From assembly GCA_964016885.1 (NCBI GenBank), contig OZ024741.1, forward strand, positions 238,452,001 to 238,516,000: 64,000 bases of DNA, written 5' to 3'. The notes under the pieces were generated by a model. That model was not told the origin of the DNA. It saw only the letters and a program-made list of their open reading frames with translations, and ran no database searches. The stretch comes from Eledone cirrhosa (Eukaryota). This document shows positions 23,492 through 36,796 of this stretch, one piece after another; position 1 is the first letter of the stretch, and the number at the start of each line of letters is the position of its first letter. Position numbers and translations under genes: made by a program.

Positions 23492-24680
23492 GATAAGGCT
23501 TTTAATTCTGTGCCACACAAAAGACTTATGGCAAAACTCTCTGCAATGGGTGTGAGGGATGATCTTTTCGACTGGTTGAAATCCTTCATTCTCAGCCAAA
23601 AAGAAGTAGTCACGGTTCTAGGACAGCATTCTTCATCATATGAGATGTCATCTGGTGTACCACAGGGATCTGTTCTTGGTCCCCTTTTGTTTGTGGCATA
23701 TATTAATGACATAGATGCCAACTTACAGAATCCCATGGTACTGAAATATGCAGATGACATCAAGCTGTACCTTGAAATCAAAAGGACTGATCTTGAAATC
23801 TACAACTCTTTCCTACAATCAGACCTGGACACAATGCAGCAATGGATCACAGACTGGCAACTGAAGCTGGCTGTGGACAAGTGTACCACCATGCATTTTG
23901 GGAGGAAAAATCCAGCGTCCACATACTCCCTCCACAACACTGATATCAAGAAGTCCTCTTGTGAACGTGACCTGGGCATTACTGTCAGCAGTGATTTGCG
24001 TTGGACAAAGCATGTCTCTAAGATTGTCAAGAAGGCTGAGGGTGTCTTGGCATCACTCAGCAAGACCTTTGTTAGCCACTCTCCAGCCATCTATTTAAAA
24101 CTGTATACAGCTATGGTACGACCACACTTGGAATTCGCATCATCAGTCTGGAACCCCTATCTTGCTCAGAACATTGACCTCCTGGAAACTGTCCAGAGAC
24201 GTGCAACCAAGCGCATACCCTCCATCAGACACCTACCATACTCTGAACGCCTTGCTTCCCTGGGCATGGATTCATTGAAGCTCCGACGTCTGACAATGGA
24301 CTTGGTAAATACCCACAAAGTTATTAACCATCTTGCCAATTGCAACCCTGAGCACCTTTTTGATCTCCATGTGTCTAACACACGTGGACATGCCTACAAA
24401 ATCAGAAAACAGCACAGCTCCCATGACTTTCGTAAACATTTTTTCATGCTCAGAGTTGCTGAAGCATGGAACAAACTGCCTATGTCAGTTGTTAGCTGCC
24501 GAGACACTGCATCCTTTAAGACACTCATGCTTCCCGAAATACGCCAAAACTACACCTGATGTACCCCTTCCATACACATGCACACGTGTGTATCATGACT
24601 CATGCACTGTTCATTTTCCTGATGTTTGTACATTACCCTATGTACTATACATACACTTTTTGATTATTATTATTATTATT
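23492..24680 (+). mobile_element. 5'-truncated CR1-clade LINE with uninterrupted 349-aa RT ORF
   Basis: KAFNSVPH, SGVPQGSVLGPLLF, KYADDIK, RDLG, VRPHLEFA, WNKLP; (TTA)n tail. Confidence 0.93.
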
Positions 24681-24985
24681 TAGGAAAGATGAAATGATGT
24701 TTTTTTTTTCATTCTTCTGTTTCAGTCCTTGAACTGTTGCCATACATGACTATTGCCTTCAAATAATTTTAGTTGATTATATTGATCCCAAACCTCTTTT
24801 TAGTGCTTATTTTATCGATATTAGAAGGAGCAAATTTTGAAGTTAAATGGATGCACATTGTCAAGAGGTAAACTTTTCAAATCGCACAAACATACCTACA
24901 CCCTAACCCAACCAATATATCAGTTATCTTATATTGAATAATTTGTATAATTCTGGGTTAAATCAAAACAAACTAGATTAACATT

Positions 24986-25505
24986 CATCATCATCATTAT
25001 TGTTTAACGTCTATCTTGCACACTAGCATGGGTTGGACGGTTTTGTCCCACTCCAGGCAAGATTGTTCAGGAGACAATATCTTGCTCATACAGAACTGTC
25101 TCTGGCAGGTTTTCTACGGCTGGATGCCCTCCCTAACACCAACCACATTTACAGTGTGGACTGGGAGCCTTTTTACCATGTCTCTTACATGACCACTTTA
25201 CAGTGTGGACTGGGTGCTTTTTGTTGTGTCACCTACACGACCACTTTACAGTGGATGGAAATGGGAGGATGGAGTAGGGTGTGTGGGGTGGGGTGTATAT
25301 TGGGTTAAGAGGTACCTACTGACTGTAGGTTTAAATTTGTATGCAAAGAAAGGCGGGTCTTCTGTATAACTGCATGGTGCCAAAGATCTCGATCCAGTGA
25401 CATTGTGTTAGAGAGGTGTAAGTGAGCAAGGTCAGTTTTTATCACCTCATCCTAGGTTTTTCTTGGTCTACCCACTCCGTAGCTTCCATCAATTTTGATG
25501 GCTTA
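24986..25505 (-). mobile_element. RTE LINE 3' fragment (same family as 21110-23030, opposite orientation)
   Basis: Reverse complement of the 22490-23030 3' end including the (GAT)n tail. Confidence 0.85.
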
Positions 25506-25990
25506 CATTAAAATATACAAAATTAACTCTTCACTCTAATTTTAGATTAATAGTTTAAATGTATAATTTACAATTTATTAAATTGTTCATATTACAGAAA
25601 TAATAACAAGCATCTATAAATTATTACTTGTTTTGACCATATCTTATCGACTTAGCTATCCAACTATTCAAAAGAAAAGATTAATAAATGCATTTATATT
25701 TCCTATCAGGTAATAAACAATTAATCACTTGGTTCAAATCTTTTATTTTTTCTGGCAGCTATGTAATCTAGATATTGGATTCCTATCATTATGGTGAAAT
25801 TGATCTTGCACTTTTAGAGTTCAGTCTCATTAAGAAAGTTTTCATTATTGCCAAATCCTTTTGACAACAAAAATAGGAGCAATTTTACTCTCTTCCTCTC
25901 TAAACTTATCTGATTTCTACAGATACACAGTGAAAACCAGTGATACAGATTCTAACTAAACACTACCACATTATATCTTTCAACTAATTT

Positions 25991-26062
25991 CTGTAACTAC
26001 ATATAATAAACAGCTAACTACATATAATAAACAGCTGTAACTACATATAATAAACAGCTGTA
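25991..26062. repeat. ~22-nt tandem repeat x3 (ctgtaactacatataataaacag)
   Basis: Directly visible. Confidence 0.85.
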
Positions 26063-26247
26063 ATTCTTCTTTAAATTTAAAATCCTAACAACAGTTGCAC
26101 TGACAAGATCACACAAATCTAAACGCATATGTAAACCTACTAAATAGAATGTGTAGAAAATAGGCTAATCATGTTATTACTTGTTTTTCAAATTTGCTTT
26201 CCAAATTTCTCAGAGGAAACAAATCTTAAAACATTAGAAATGTTATT

Positions 26248-26263
26248 AGAGTTGTCCCCCCTT
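26248..26263 (-). promoter_or_regulatory. Conserved upstream element AAGGGGGGACAACTCT (P3)
   Basis: Motif match; separated from the ATG by LINE insertions. Confidence 0.4.
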
Positions 26264-26309
26264 TTGAGTCTTTTTATATATATATATGTACACACACACA
26301 CACATACAT

Positions 26310-26920
26310 ACATGGTGGCTGCCAACTCGTTTTCGAGTACGTCCACTACTTTATATCCATGTAGGAGAACCCCTACCGATACGCTGAACGAGTGTGACTT
26401 TTTAGTCCAGCCAGCGACTTGAAAACTCTGGTACAAACACTACACTTGTGACAATTATTGACACATAGTGCTGGGCCCATGGTACCATGTGACGACAAGT
26501 GCAGAGAGATCTCCAGATATAAAGCAATGCCTGTGCCGTGAAGCTTTTATAGTGAGCAAAGGCACTGCACAAAGCCAGTCCCACTCTCTTAACCAAGATG
26601 ATATTTACCAAAAAGAAGAACAAGTCAACATCATTGGATACCATCAGGGTTGCAGGTGTTATATCAGAGTTTTCCTTCTCCTAGAATTCTGCCTTGACAA
26701 AGGCTAAGGGGTCATCTCTCCCTGTGATTTTGGATGGCCATTGACTCTTAAGAGCTCCTTTGCCCTTTGACAGGTCTTGTTTTTAGTCCTGCAGGATGTC
26801 CAAAGTCACCCTCCTCACCAAGAAACCTTGGTGGGGTTGCCAGTTTAGTCGCCAACGACCCGACCATGAGACAGGTTGTACTGGGATACATGTTACCAGT
26901 AGCACCAACTGGTGACCTGA
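26310..26920. mobile_element. Unclassified retroelement-like relic
   Basis: GC-richer block bounded by (CATA)n/(CA)n microsatellites; no clear protein motif. Confidence 0.35.
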
Positions 26921-26936
26921 CATACATACATACATA

Positions 26937-27260
26937 CAGTGGAACCTCGGTTCAACAACTTCATTCGTTTCTGAATGTCGTTCATCATCCGAAATGTTCA
27001 TAGACCAAAACTGTTATTCCCATACGAAATGTTGAGGGAGAAATACGGAGTGAGAGACTGTGTATGAAAGACAGATAGATATCACCATAGTAACTAACTA
27101 CACAGCAAGTGACGCTTTTCCACCGATACTCCAAGCTTATTGGCAACCATTGTTGCTGGCTTGCATGTTTGCTACTCCAAACACCCTTTGTGAACAGAGA
27201 CCTTTTATGTTCAGAAAAATTGTTTGTAAAGAGAGGCGTTTGTGAACTGAGGTTCCACTG
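26937..27260. mobile_element. Tc1/pogo-type MITE
   Basis: TIRs CAGTGGAACCTCGGTTCA / TGAACTGAGGTTCCACTG; TA on the left flank. Confidence 0.8.
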
Positions 27261-27265
27261 TGTGC

Positions 27266-27302
<37 letters not shown>

Positions 27303-28818
27303 GGTCGTCTGCTCCATACAAAGCTTGACTACTTCTTGCACTTTATGTCTGTTCCTTCCAGGCATGAGATATCAAAGCCTGTGAAAGACCCATCCACAAA
27401 TAATAAAATGATTTCTCATTTCGTTTTTGTTTCCACTTTGGGTTTGCTTATTGTGTGTGTTCAGATATCGCTTCAATGCACCACCTGATTTTCAAATTTA
27501 CTGACAAACATGGCACTAGAACAAAGTTTGAATAGTCAACTTGGACTGTACCATCATGTACTCATTAGTGTGACTTCATGCCAACATTCAAAAGGCACAT
27601 CTTAGAGCACACAGGGCATTTAAAAACCAATGCCTATATTATGTTATCAATAATGGAGAGGGTTCACTGTAAGACGGCAAAACCAATTTTGTAGTTGATT
27701 GAAATAGTTGAATTTGCTTTCTAATTAATGCAACTTATATAATTATCAGAAATTGTTTGTTATGTAAAGATATTAGCTGCAATTGATCGATGTTCTGTTG
27801 AGACAAGATACCTATCTAGGAGGTTTAGTATTCTAAATAAGAAGTTATTTAGTGTAGAAGTGGTTCTTTAGTCCTTCCACTTGGAGCACCCACTCTAGTG
27901 CCAGTGGCACAGTAAGATTCATCTAGTTCATTAAGTAAGACATACACAACAAAGTTGATCAGTTTTCTCTGCTAGTGTGAGCCAGGTAATTTGGACTGTG
28001 ACAAGATTTGTTATATGTGTGCCAGCCTAATGTAAAATGACAAGGATAGAGGTTATTTACAATTTAATTCTTATTCTGGTTTGAAATGGTAAATACACCT
28101 ATGAATTGTTTAATTCCACAATAAATAGGTATATTACAATAAAATTGTTGTTGTTTATTAGATCTCACTATGTTTGGTTAAAAGGACAGCCGTAATTAAA
28201 CATATTGCATGATTAACAGCCAAAATATACCAAATTTCTGTGTTTTGATATTATCTCTGAAGTAGAAAATGGAATTCAGAGTGTTTTGCAGTATTTTTGT
28301 ATAGTCTGTGGCAGTAATATGAAGTGTGTGTTATTGTCATATTTCTATTTTGTTTTCTAGTTTTGAGATCGTTTTCTAGAGAGATTGAGTTCCTAGACAG
28401 AATTTACATAGACACTAAGAGATGTTAATAATTGCTGAAAAACTATGTAGTTTTGTGTGTGTTTAGGGGAGCGTCGTCACACGGTAAATTTACAGAAAAA
28501 CACCACTGTGCATGAGTGTTCGTCAAACTGATGTTGAAAGATAGCTAAACATGCATATATATATTGTACATGCTAAATCTCCCATTTTACTTTCTGATAG
28601 ATTTGGAGGTTAGATTCCTTGAAAACACATTAAAAACCTTAGGAAAAATTCCCATCAACGAAACCTCCAAGAGTGCAAAACTCTGAGCCCCTTCCTTCCC
28701 CCTCTTCTGTCTTCTAAAAAAAGGCATTTTCAATTGATTTAGAGGTCAGAAAACTCATGAAAAAAAGAAAGGAACAAATTCTTACATTAGGGATGAAGGG
28801 TCTTTTTGCAGTAAATTT

Positions 28819-28847
28819 ACCACACACACACACATATATATATATAT

Positions 28848-28890
<43 letters not shown>

Positions 28891-28908
28891 CACACACACA
28901 CACACACA
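28819..28908. repeat. Compound (CA)n/(TA)n microsatellite
   Basis: Directly visible. Confidence 0.95.
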
Positions 28909-29231
28909 GAATGTTAGTCAATTGTGTGTTTTATGTTGCATTTAGTCATGATTGCAACTTTTTTTGTTTTTCTAATGTTTTCTCAATATGTTAGCTGGGA
29001 ACATATAATTAAGAACACTGAGGTGATGAGACATTAAGAGATTTAGCTTGGTGGAATTCACACAAATATGTAAAATAAAGTTAAGATAGTTTACAGTATT
29101 TAGCTTTTTTGTTGTCAGATCCAACTTTTCCAGGTTTAATAAAGTAGCAGTAATAAAATAGTAATAATATATGATTAAGGCTCTTTTTCAAATCACAGAT
29201 CTTGTATAAAAATTATATATATGCAAACATA

Positions 29232-30727
29232 TCTATCTATACATATATATAAAACTGAAATTGTCTGTGTGTGTGTGTGTGTGTCCCCTAATTTTTGCAA
29301 AGTCTATACAAATCCACATTTCTACTCCGATTGACTTCAAATTTGCATTTATATATTCCTTGCAGTCTAAAGATATTAACTACAGCTTTTATTTTTCAAT
29401 TTTCTGTTGTTAAAGAGGTGTTAGACGCCGGTTAGCGATATTTCTCTCTTTATTTGTCTGTCTTTTTAGATAGATACATAGCTATAACGTCGCTCCCTTA
29501 TAATATCTGTCTGTATGTCTGGCTGTCTGCATTACAACATTATGAAAACATTGTTCTCATTGCTGACGTATTATCTTTGCTATTTTCCATTCATTGCCAG
29601 GGAACGTCTTCACGAACCAAAGTATCGTCCTCCTGTTTTCCTTCGGTTGCAACGTTTTTCGAAATATTTACTTCTGCGTTCACAGATTGATTTTTTTTAG
29701 TTTCAGAAGATCCCGTTAAGGGTGAAAGCAGCGATTCTTTACTTAAACTTTAATCTGTTATTTTAATATATATATATATATATATACATATATATAATTA
29801 TATATTCGTGTACAGATATTTTTGCATATACAAAAACAAAATTTAAACAAACATATTTATTTCGTGAAAGCACAGACGGCTTATTGTCATTGTTACTGCC
29901 AATATGCCACCCAAAAAGTCTCACTACTTTTGGCACAAGGCCAGCAATTACATAGTCAACGGTTCAGAAATCACATGCATCACTGATGAGTTTACTCCTT
30001 ACTCCACCAGTTAGTCTTAGTGTACTTCGTCCTGCTTTTAGGTCATGCCTCGAAGGAAGAGATACTCCATTGGCCAAAATACTGCGAAAGCGGCAAGAAA
30101 AGGAACAAGGCGGGCAAACGAATCGTCAGTGGAATCTGCTATTCGACGGTTGCAAAATGCTGAACATACTGCCACCAGAAGAGCACTTGAAACAGACAAC
30201 CAACGAATCATTCGCTGAACCGTGTCAGCTTTGCAATGTCTATCAACAAATCCCAGGGTCAGATCCTAGCTATTGCTGGTCTTCTTTTGGAAGAGTCATG
30301 TTTTTCACACAGGCAACTATACGTTGGCTGCTCAAGAGTGGGAAGCAAGGCAAATCTATTTGCATATGCCCGACACAGAAGAACAAGGAACATTGTGTAC
30401 AAGGAGGTGCTACAATCATTGTTTAGGTAGACGAGGCAGAATATATACACGATATACATGATTGGCTGAAGAAGGACGAGACTGTGTTAGTAGTACGACC
30501 AATGGCTGCTATCACACCAACAGCAGCAAAAACAACAACAAAAAAGAGAGGGAACGCAAATACATGCTTTTGAAAAATCTTAATGGAAAATTATTTGCCT
30601 AAGCACAAAATATAGACACCATCCCCAGGCCGAGGTATTCCGTACTTCTCTGTACTGTTTCAGAAAGGAGGGATAACCATGCCAATCTATGTTTAGAAGC
30701 CCGAGCAATGCCGGGCCATTCTGCTAG
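29232..30727 (+). mobile_element. Non-autonomous Helitron with PIF1-helicase C-terminal remnant
   Basis: A|TC 5' end; GCCCG-n8-CGGGC hairpin (30699-30716) then CTAG|T 3' end; ORF 30236-30430 MSINKSQGQ...CFSHRQLYVGCSRV matches the Helitron helicase motif. Confidence 0.88.
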
Positions 30728-31574
30728 TATATAATAAAATTAAGAACATAATGATATCAAATTTGCTTCTATTAATTAATAAAATTAAATAAATTAGATA
30801 TTAGAAAATTCTTGCTTTCTTCCTTTTCATTTTTCTAAAGTTTATGTAGCAAATTATGTTGAAGTTAGTTGATTTACAAGATATTTTACTGTGATATGTA
30901 GCATATATTAACACTATATTTACAGTGACATTCATCTTTATATGTGTGTATGTGTGTGTCATTTTCTATTGATTCATATAAATTTATTAAACATATGACG
31001 GTTTCTTTAGACTACAAGAAATAACTAAATGCAAATAATATTTGTAACTTAAAACATGAATGTCTTTCTTTATTCTATTAGTGAAATAAATTGCAATAAA
31101 GAACCAAACCAAAGAGAAACTTAATGCTAAATGAAATTATATTATTATAATATCTTGAAATTATGGATTTTATGTACTAACAGTCCTTAGATGGTTTTAT
31201 ATTTATTTCTGTAACTAATACACTATTTAATTGGAGAAATATATTATTCAAATATTCCCATTTTAAACTGACTTATAAAATAATATGTGAAATATATCAA
31301 TATATATGAAAGTATATAATGAAATAAAATCAATTGACAAAATCAGTATTTGAATAATGGTTGCAGTTAAATATATTTTCCTTCTCAAATTAACTATACT
31401 ACTGTAGTAGAAATTGCTCTTAGTAATGGCTACATCATTCTCTGGCACTCTATTTTATAATCTGTTTATATCATCATGAAATACACATTTATTTATTATC
31501 TATTTTTCATATCTCCCTGAGAAATATATATAACCAAAATATTTAATGTAAAATTGCAATGTAAAGAGACTTAC

Positions 31575-31741
31575 CTTCATTGTTTAATCCTTTGTTTGTG
31601 TCTCTTACAGAAGACATTTATTCTGACGTAGTGTTCCAGTGTAACTGCTGCTGTAGTAGTGTGACAATGGCAGTATCTTGATGATGTAGATTTGTGAGTC
31701 ATAGTGGGAGCCAACTACACACTGGGGGATTTTATTTATTT
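31575..31741 (-). promoter_or_regulatory. Conserved module X3: putative promoter/first exon of P3
   Basis: Near-identical to X1 despite diverged flanks; TGACTCA at 31695-31701; box reads AATAAATAA in this copy. Confidence 0.65.
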
Positions 31742-31971
31742 GTGCATATTGTATTTATCAAAATGAAGGAAATTTGCAATGGCTATTTCTGATCTATATT
31801 AAACTATATATAAGTAACTTCTTGTACAAAGATGCTTCCAGCACAGTAGTGTATGTACAGGCACATATGCACAGAGTATTGCAGTATGCAAAATATTAAT
31901 TTCTAGCCTCAGCAGCAATTTTATAAGACATATTGCAGAGGACTAGACTATGATCAAAATAAAACAATAAT

Positions 31972-32077
31972 TGTTTCTACTTTAGGCACAAGGCCAGCAA
32001 TTACCCAGTGCATTACTGGTACTTTATTTTATCGACCCCGTAAGGATGAAAGGCAAAGTCAACCTCGGCGGGATTTG
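31972..32077 (-). mobile_element. 5'-truncated SINE (same family as 9244)
   Basis: Sequence match; TSD aaataaaacaataat. Confidence 0.85.
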
Positions 32078-32502
32078 AAATAAAACAATAATGATGTTTG
32101 TGAATATTCTAAATTCTAATTATTTCATTTGTTTACTTTGAAGGTACAGATTTAATGAAAATATTTTCAAATACATATTTTTCAATATATAAATTTGGAT
32201 TAATAAGTTGTTAGATGTTATTTTCAATTTGCTGATTAATTATATTTTATTTAAAACAGAATCAATGTTCTAATTCTATTACATTATAGATGTTAAAACT
32301 GTAGGGTGGAAATGGACATTAAACAGTGATTATGATATATATCATCATCATTATTTAACATCTATTTTCCATGTTAGCAAGTGTTAGACGGGTTTCCCCA
32401 TTTGAGGCAAGTCAGGTCAGGTAACTGTCTTGCTCATAGAGACCAGTAAAATAATTATAATCTCGAACACAAATGATAGTAGTTGTTTTAACATTGTGCC
32501 TA

Positions 32503-32591
32503 TTATTTTTTATATATTGGTTCTAGATAGGTATCTTGTTCATGTTCACCTTTTGGTGTGGGTGGTATATTTGGTGTGTAGTTACTGTATT
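32503..32591 (-). CDS. Pcdh: P4 terminal coding exon 3
   Basis: 89 nt from acceptor to TAA; peptide conserved with synonymous changes. Confidence 0.9.
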
Positions 32592-32872
32592 CTGGAAAAT
32601 AGAGAAACATTATGAATAATATTTAAAAAGTATAGATTTTTAATATATTATACTTATAAAACAATATTTCTTTCTCATTTAAATGAACATTATTGTATTT
32701 TTTTAAATTTCAATTTTATGTAACGTTTAACTGCTTATAATAAAACATACATTTAGACACTTTATTTTATTTAACCCTTATTTTACTATAAAAAGATTCA
32801 ATGTTAAAACCACTGGTATCAGTGTGTTAATAAGAAATTAATTGGCACTATTGTTAACATTTAGTAAATTAC

Positions 32873-33017
32873 CTGATGTCTGGTGTGTAATATCTCCTTC
32901 ACTCCAACCACGTTTATGTTCTCTTTGAGATGGTAATGTATCATTGAGATTGTTTGATGTCACAATACTGTTGCTGTCACCTTGCTCGCAAGGCTCACCT
33001 GACTGCTTATCATATAT
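32873..33017 (-). CDS. Pcdh: P4 cytoplasmic exon 2 (IYDKQSGEPCEQGDSNSIVTSNNLNDTLPSQREHKRGWSEGDITHQTS)
   Basis: 145 nt (frame-preserving 3-nt indel versus P1), AG/GT boundaries, flanking introns diverged. Confidence 0.9.
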
Positions 33018-33169
33018 CTGTTATTGAATTAACAACATTTTAGATACACATTTGAAAAGTTTGATAAAACATTATATAATAAGAAATTAGAACAGATCTA
33101 TCCACACACGCACAACTAAATGACTATTTCATTTTCTGATAAGTAATTATTGAATTTAAGTTGTTGACA

Positions 33170-33490
33170 AGGAGCTCATATCTATATTCTACACTTAAAC
33201 TCCTGTCCAAACACAATACTCTATAGCATAACTCATCTCTTTGCTCTACACTTTAACTCATCTCCATGTTCATCTAGAGTAATATCTATGCTTTATAGTT
33301 CAATTTATCTCCATACTCTATACTACAATTCATTTTCATACTCTAAACTTCAACTTAACTCTATACTTAATAAATCAACTCCTTTCCATACTTTGTGCTT
33401 CAACTCAACTCTATGCTCCATAGTTCAACTTGTATTCAAACTTATAGTTCAGCTTATCATAATACACTATGAATCATCTCATCTCTTTTT
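33170..33490. repeat. Degenerate ~25-nt minisatellite (AACTCATCTCTATACTCTA-like) in P4 intron 1
   Basis: Recurrent aactca/ctctat units; related shorter array at 41525-41660 in P5 intron 1. Confidence 0.55.
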
Positions 33491-34040
33491 GTCCTTACTG
33501 ATGTGTTGATCAAATACTTTTGAATCAACTCACATTAATGATGTTGCATTGCTTTGATATGCCATAAGATGTTATGCTGAAGTAAATTTACAAAGTGTTT
33601 AGAATTAGTTCCAATGCTTTTGTGCTATTTACAGTGTTGGTTTGACATAATCAACTACACCTAATTCATTGATATCAATTAGCTCCAGATCAACCTCAAA
33701 TAAGAAGAACAATGATAAAAGATATTTGAAGCATGACCATCATGTCTTTTTATAATTACTTTAACCTTATTAATTTTTCCTTCTATAAAGATAGTACATA
33801 AACATTATCTGAGCTGATAAAGTTATTAAGTAGAGCTGAAAGAAATGTCTATTCAACATTCATATGTAAATGTCTGATGTATGGCAATTCATTGATTGAA
33901 TGCTTAAAATAGAATATGAATATATTTAAAATAAATTTTGCTGTTATTCAATTACATGAAAATTACATGAAAAGATTTGTATAATTAAATGTAAAAACAG
34001 TTAAAATAATATTTCAGAGATGGATTTACTGCATAAGTAC

Positions 34041-36440
34041 CTGTGGAACTGGTGGTAATCTTCTGGGTGTTGTTGAGAATTTCCAGTCATTGGTTAACTG
34101 TTCCATCTCTGGATAATATGGACTTTTAGGGTTTATTGACTGAAGATTTCTAGTAAATATATCGTCTGCATTTCTAGTTATTGCAACAGGATTGTTGGTG
34201 TGATACAGTATTTGTCTCATCTCAGTCGGAGATAGGAATTTTGGATTATCTATTGTTGTAGGTGAGTTATTGGTGTGATTAATACATCTGAAAACACACA
34301 GTGTTATTGACACTACAATAGCCACAGATATTATTACAGCTGCTGCTACAATGATAATTACCCAAGTCATATTGAGGTTGTTACCAGACTGTAAGTGGAC
34401 TGCAGTTAACATGGGAGATGTATCATTACTAACAAACAATGTTAGTATGATAGCAGTTGTTGCTGACTGAACTGGTGTACCACCATCTTTCACTATAAAC
34501 TGTAGGTCATATGTTCCTGCATCATTTTGGTAAACTGCCCGAGAGAAAGATAAGACACCAGTATGGGAGTTGACTGTAAACAGGTTTTTATCATTAGATC
34601 TCAGTATTCCATATGTGAGGAAAGCATTGTTTCCAGTGTCTTTGTCAGAGGCTTTCAGAATTGTGATGTCTTTCTTACTGTGTGGATCATAGTGGACATC
34701 TAGATTGTAAGGGTCATTAATAGGAAAGGTTAAATAGGGAGCATTATCATTTTTATCTAGAATCTCAATAACAATATTGGCAGTGTTATTCAGAGAAGGT
34801 GTTCCATTATCTTTGACTAAAACCTGGAATTTATAGATGTCTTTTACTTCCCGATCTATTGATTGTGATGTAGAAATAAATCCATATTTTGTAAGTTGGA
34901 AAGGAATGTTATCATTGTTGTTATCATTGATGATAGAATATGTAAGTTGACCTCCATCTTCAAGATCAGGGTCTGTAGCATTGATGAAGCCAATAGGGAA
35001 GTCAACTTTCTGGTTTTCATAGGTGAGGAATTGGAATGTATCTTTGGTAAAATGTGGCTGTACATCATTGACATCAGTTACTTTGACAGAGAATTGTTTC
35101 TTAGTCTTTAACTGAGGTGATCCCATGTCATGACATACAATAGATACAACATAGTGGTCTATAATTTCTCTATCAAGAGGTTCTTTCACCAATATTTTAT
35201 ATTCTTTAGAATCCATATTAGAAAGTTGAAACATTTTATGTTGAATATTACATTTAATTTGTCCATTAGGTCCACTATCTGTGTCAATAACCATAACATA
35301 AGCTATAAAACTCCCAATTTTACTTGCTTCTGAAATAGTAGTAGAAGTCTCTGTTAAAGGAGATACAAAATCAATATTTATAGATGGAGCATTATTTTGA
35401 TTGTTAATTACATTAACTGTTAACATTGTTTTGGATCTTAATGAAGGAATTCCACCATCTCTGGCTTCTATATATAATTGGTATTTACTTTCTTTATTTC
35501 GAAAGAAATCTTCATTGGTGAAAATTTCTCCAGTTTTATGAATTAACTTGAAATGTCTTCTTGCATATTCATTTGTATTTCTGTGTAAATAGTAAGTAAT
35601 ATTTCCATTTTGACCAGAATCTTTGTCTGTAGCTGATAATACAAATACAGGAGAAGATCTATGATGTCTATCATTGATTGTGACATTGTATAATTTCTTT
35701 GCAAATATTGGTGGGTTATCATTGACATCTATAACAGATATCTCTATTCTTAGAATACCTTCTTTTGGTGGTGAACCTCCATCTTTTGCCACCAACTGTA
35801 ACATATAAGTGTGTTTTTCTTCTCGGTCTAACATCCTTTCTAGAGTGATTTTAAGTATATTTATTCCATCAAATCCTTTAAATATGAAAAGTGAGAATTT
35901 CTTACTTTTATCATTGAGTTTATATGTGATGTTAGAATTGAGAACACCAATGTCTTTATCAACAGCATTTGGTATTGTTTTAGTTGAGCCTTTTCCATCT
36001 GTTTCATAAAATATTATTTCCAGTTGATTTTTTGGAAATTCTGGCTGGTGGTCATTAATATCTTCTATGAATATTTTAATCTTCAATATCTTCAGAAATG
36101 TTTCTGATTTCCTCACTGCTACTTTAACAATTCTGGAACATTCTTTGTTAGATGTACACAAAGACTCAGCATCCAGTGTCTGTGTAGTGTATAGTTTTCC
36201 TGTGTTGGTGACATTGAATAAGTGAGAACCACTTGACACTGTCCTTTGTAGTTGTGTAAATGTAATGAGAGTGTGTTGTTGATGTGTAAGAGAGTGTGTT
36301 AAGTTAGAATCAACAGCAATGTCCCCTATATAGGTGTGAGGACTGTCTTCTTCATTGACATGATATGTAATGTCTATAGACACAACAGAATACATCAGTC
36401 CACAGAGAAGTGAAAACTGTAAGGTGTTGATTATAATCAT
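34041..36440 (-). CDS. Pcdh: Protocadherin P4, large coding exon
   Basis: 804-aa ORF, 6 cadherin repeats plus TM; donor CAG|GTACTT; acceptor ttttctttttcag at 36479-36480. Confidence 0.96.
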
Positions 36441-36745
36441 TGTTGCAATTCATTATTATGATTCATAAATCAATATATCTGAAAAAGAAAATTGTGCATG
36501 CTGATCTAATCATACAATGATATAAACAATTGCTTATATTCTTTAAAACTAGGCAAATAAACATTTTAGAAAACCGTCATAGAAAAAAAAAGCTACATAG
36601 AAAGAACGTCTTAAATTTCGAGAATACCCATTTCAAACAAACATAATATTTACAATATATTATGCAATATATTGTTGCAAAACAATTCAGAATAACCACT
36701 ATTTCCACAGGATTGGATTTTGCAATCTTTCTAAACTATCAGAAC

Positions 36746-36761
36746 AAAGTTATCTCCCCCT
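36746..36761 (-). promoter_or_regulatory. Conserved upstream element AGGGGGAGATAACTTT (P4)
   Basis: Motif match within a block alignable to 4860-4970. Confidence 0.5.
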
Positions 36762-36796
36762 GCCTATTTTCTAATAACATCATTTAATTTCTTTTC

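Noticed and set aside
25991-26062. CRISPR-like repeat
   Set aside because: Simple head-to-tail minisatellite without spacers, in a eukaryotic context.
28714-28945. ORFs rich in YIYI/THTH/SLSL (also at 26985, 27109, 50760)
   Set aside because: Microsatellite translations.
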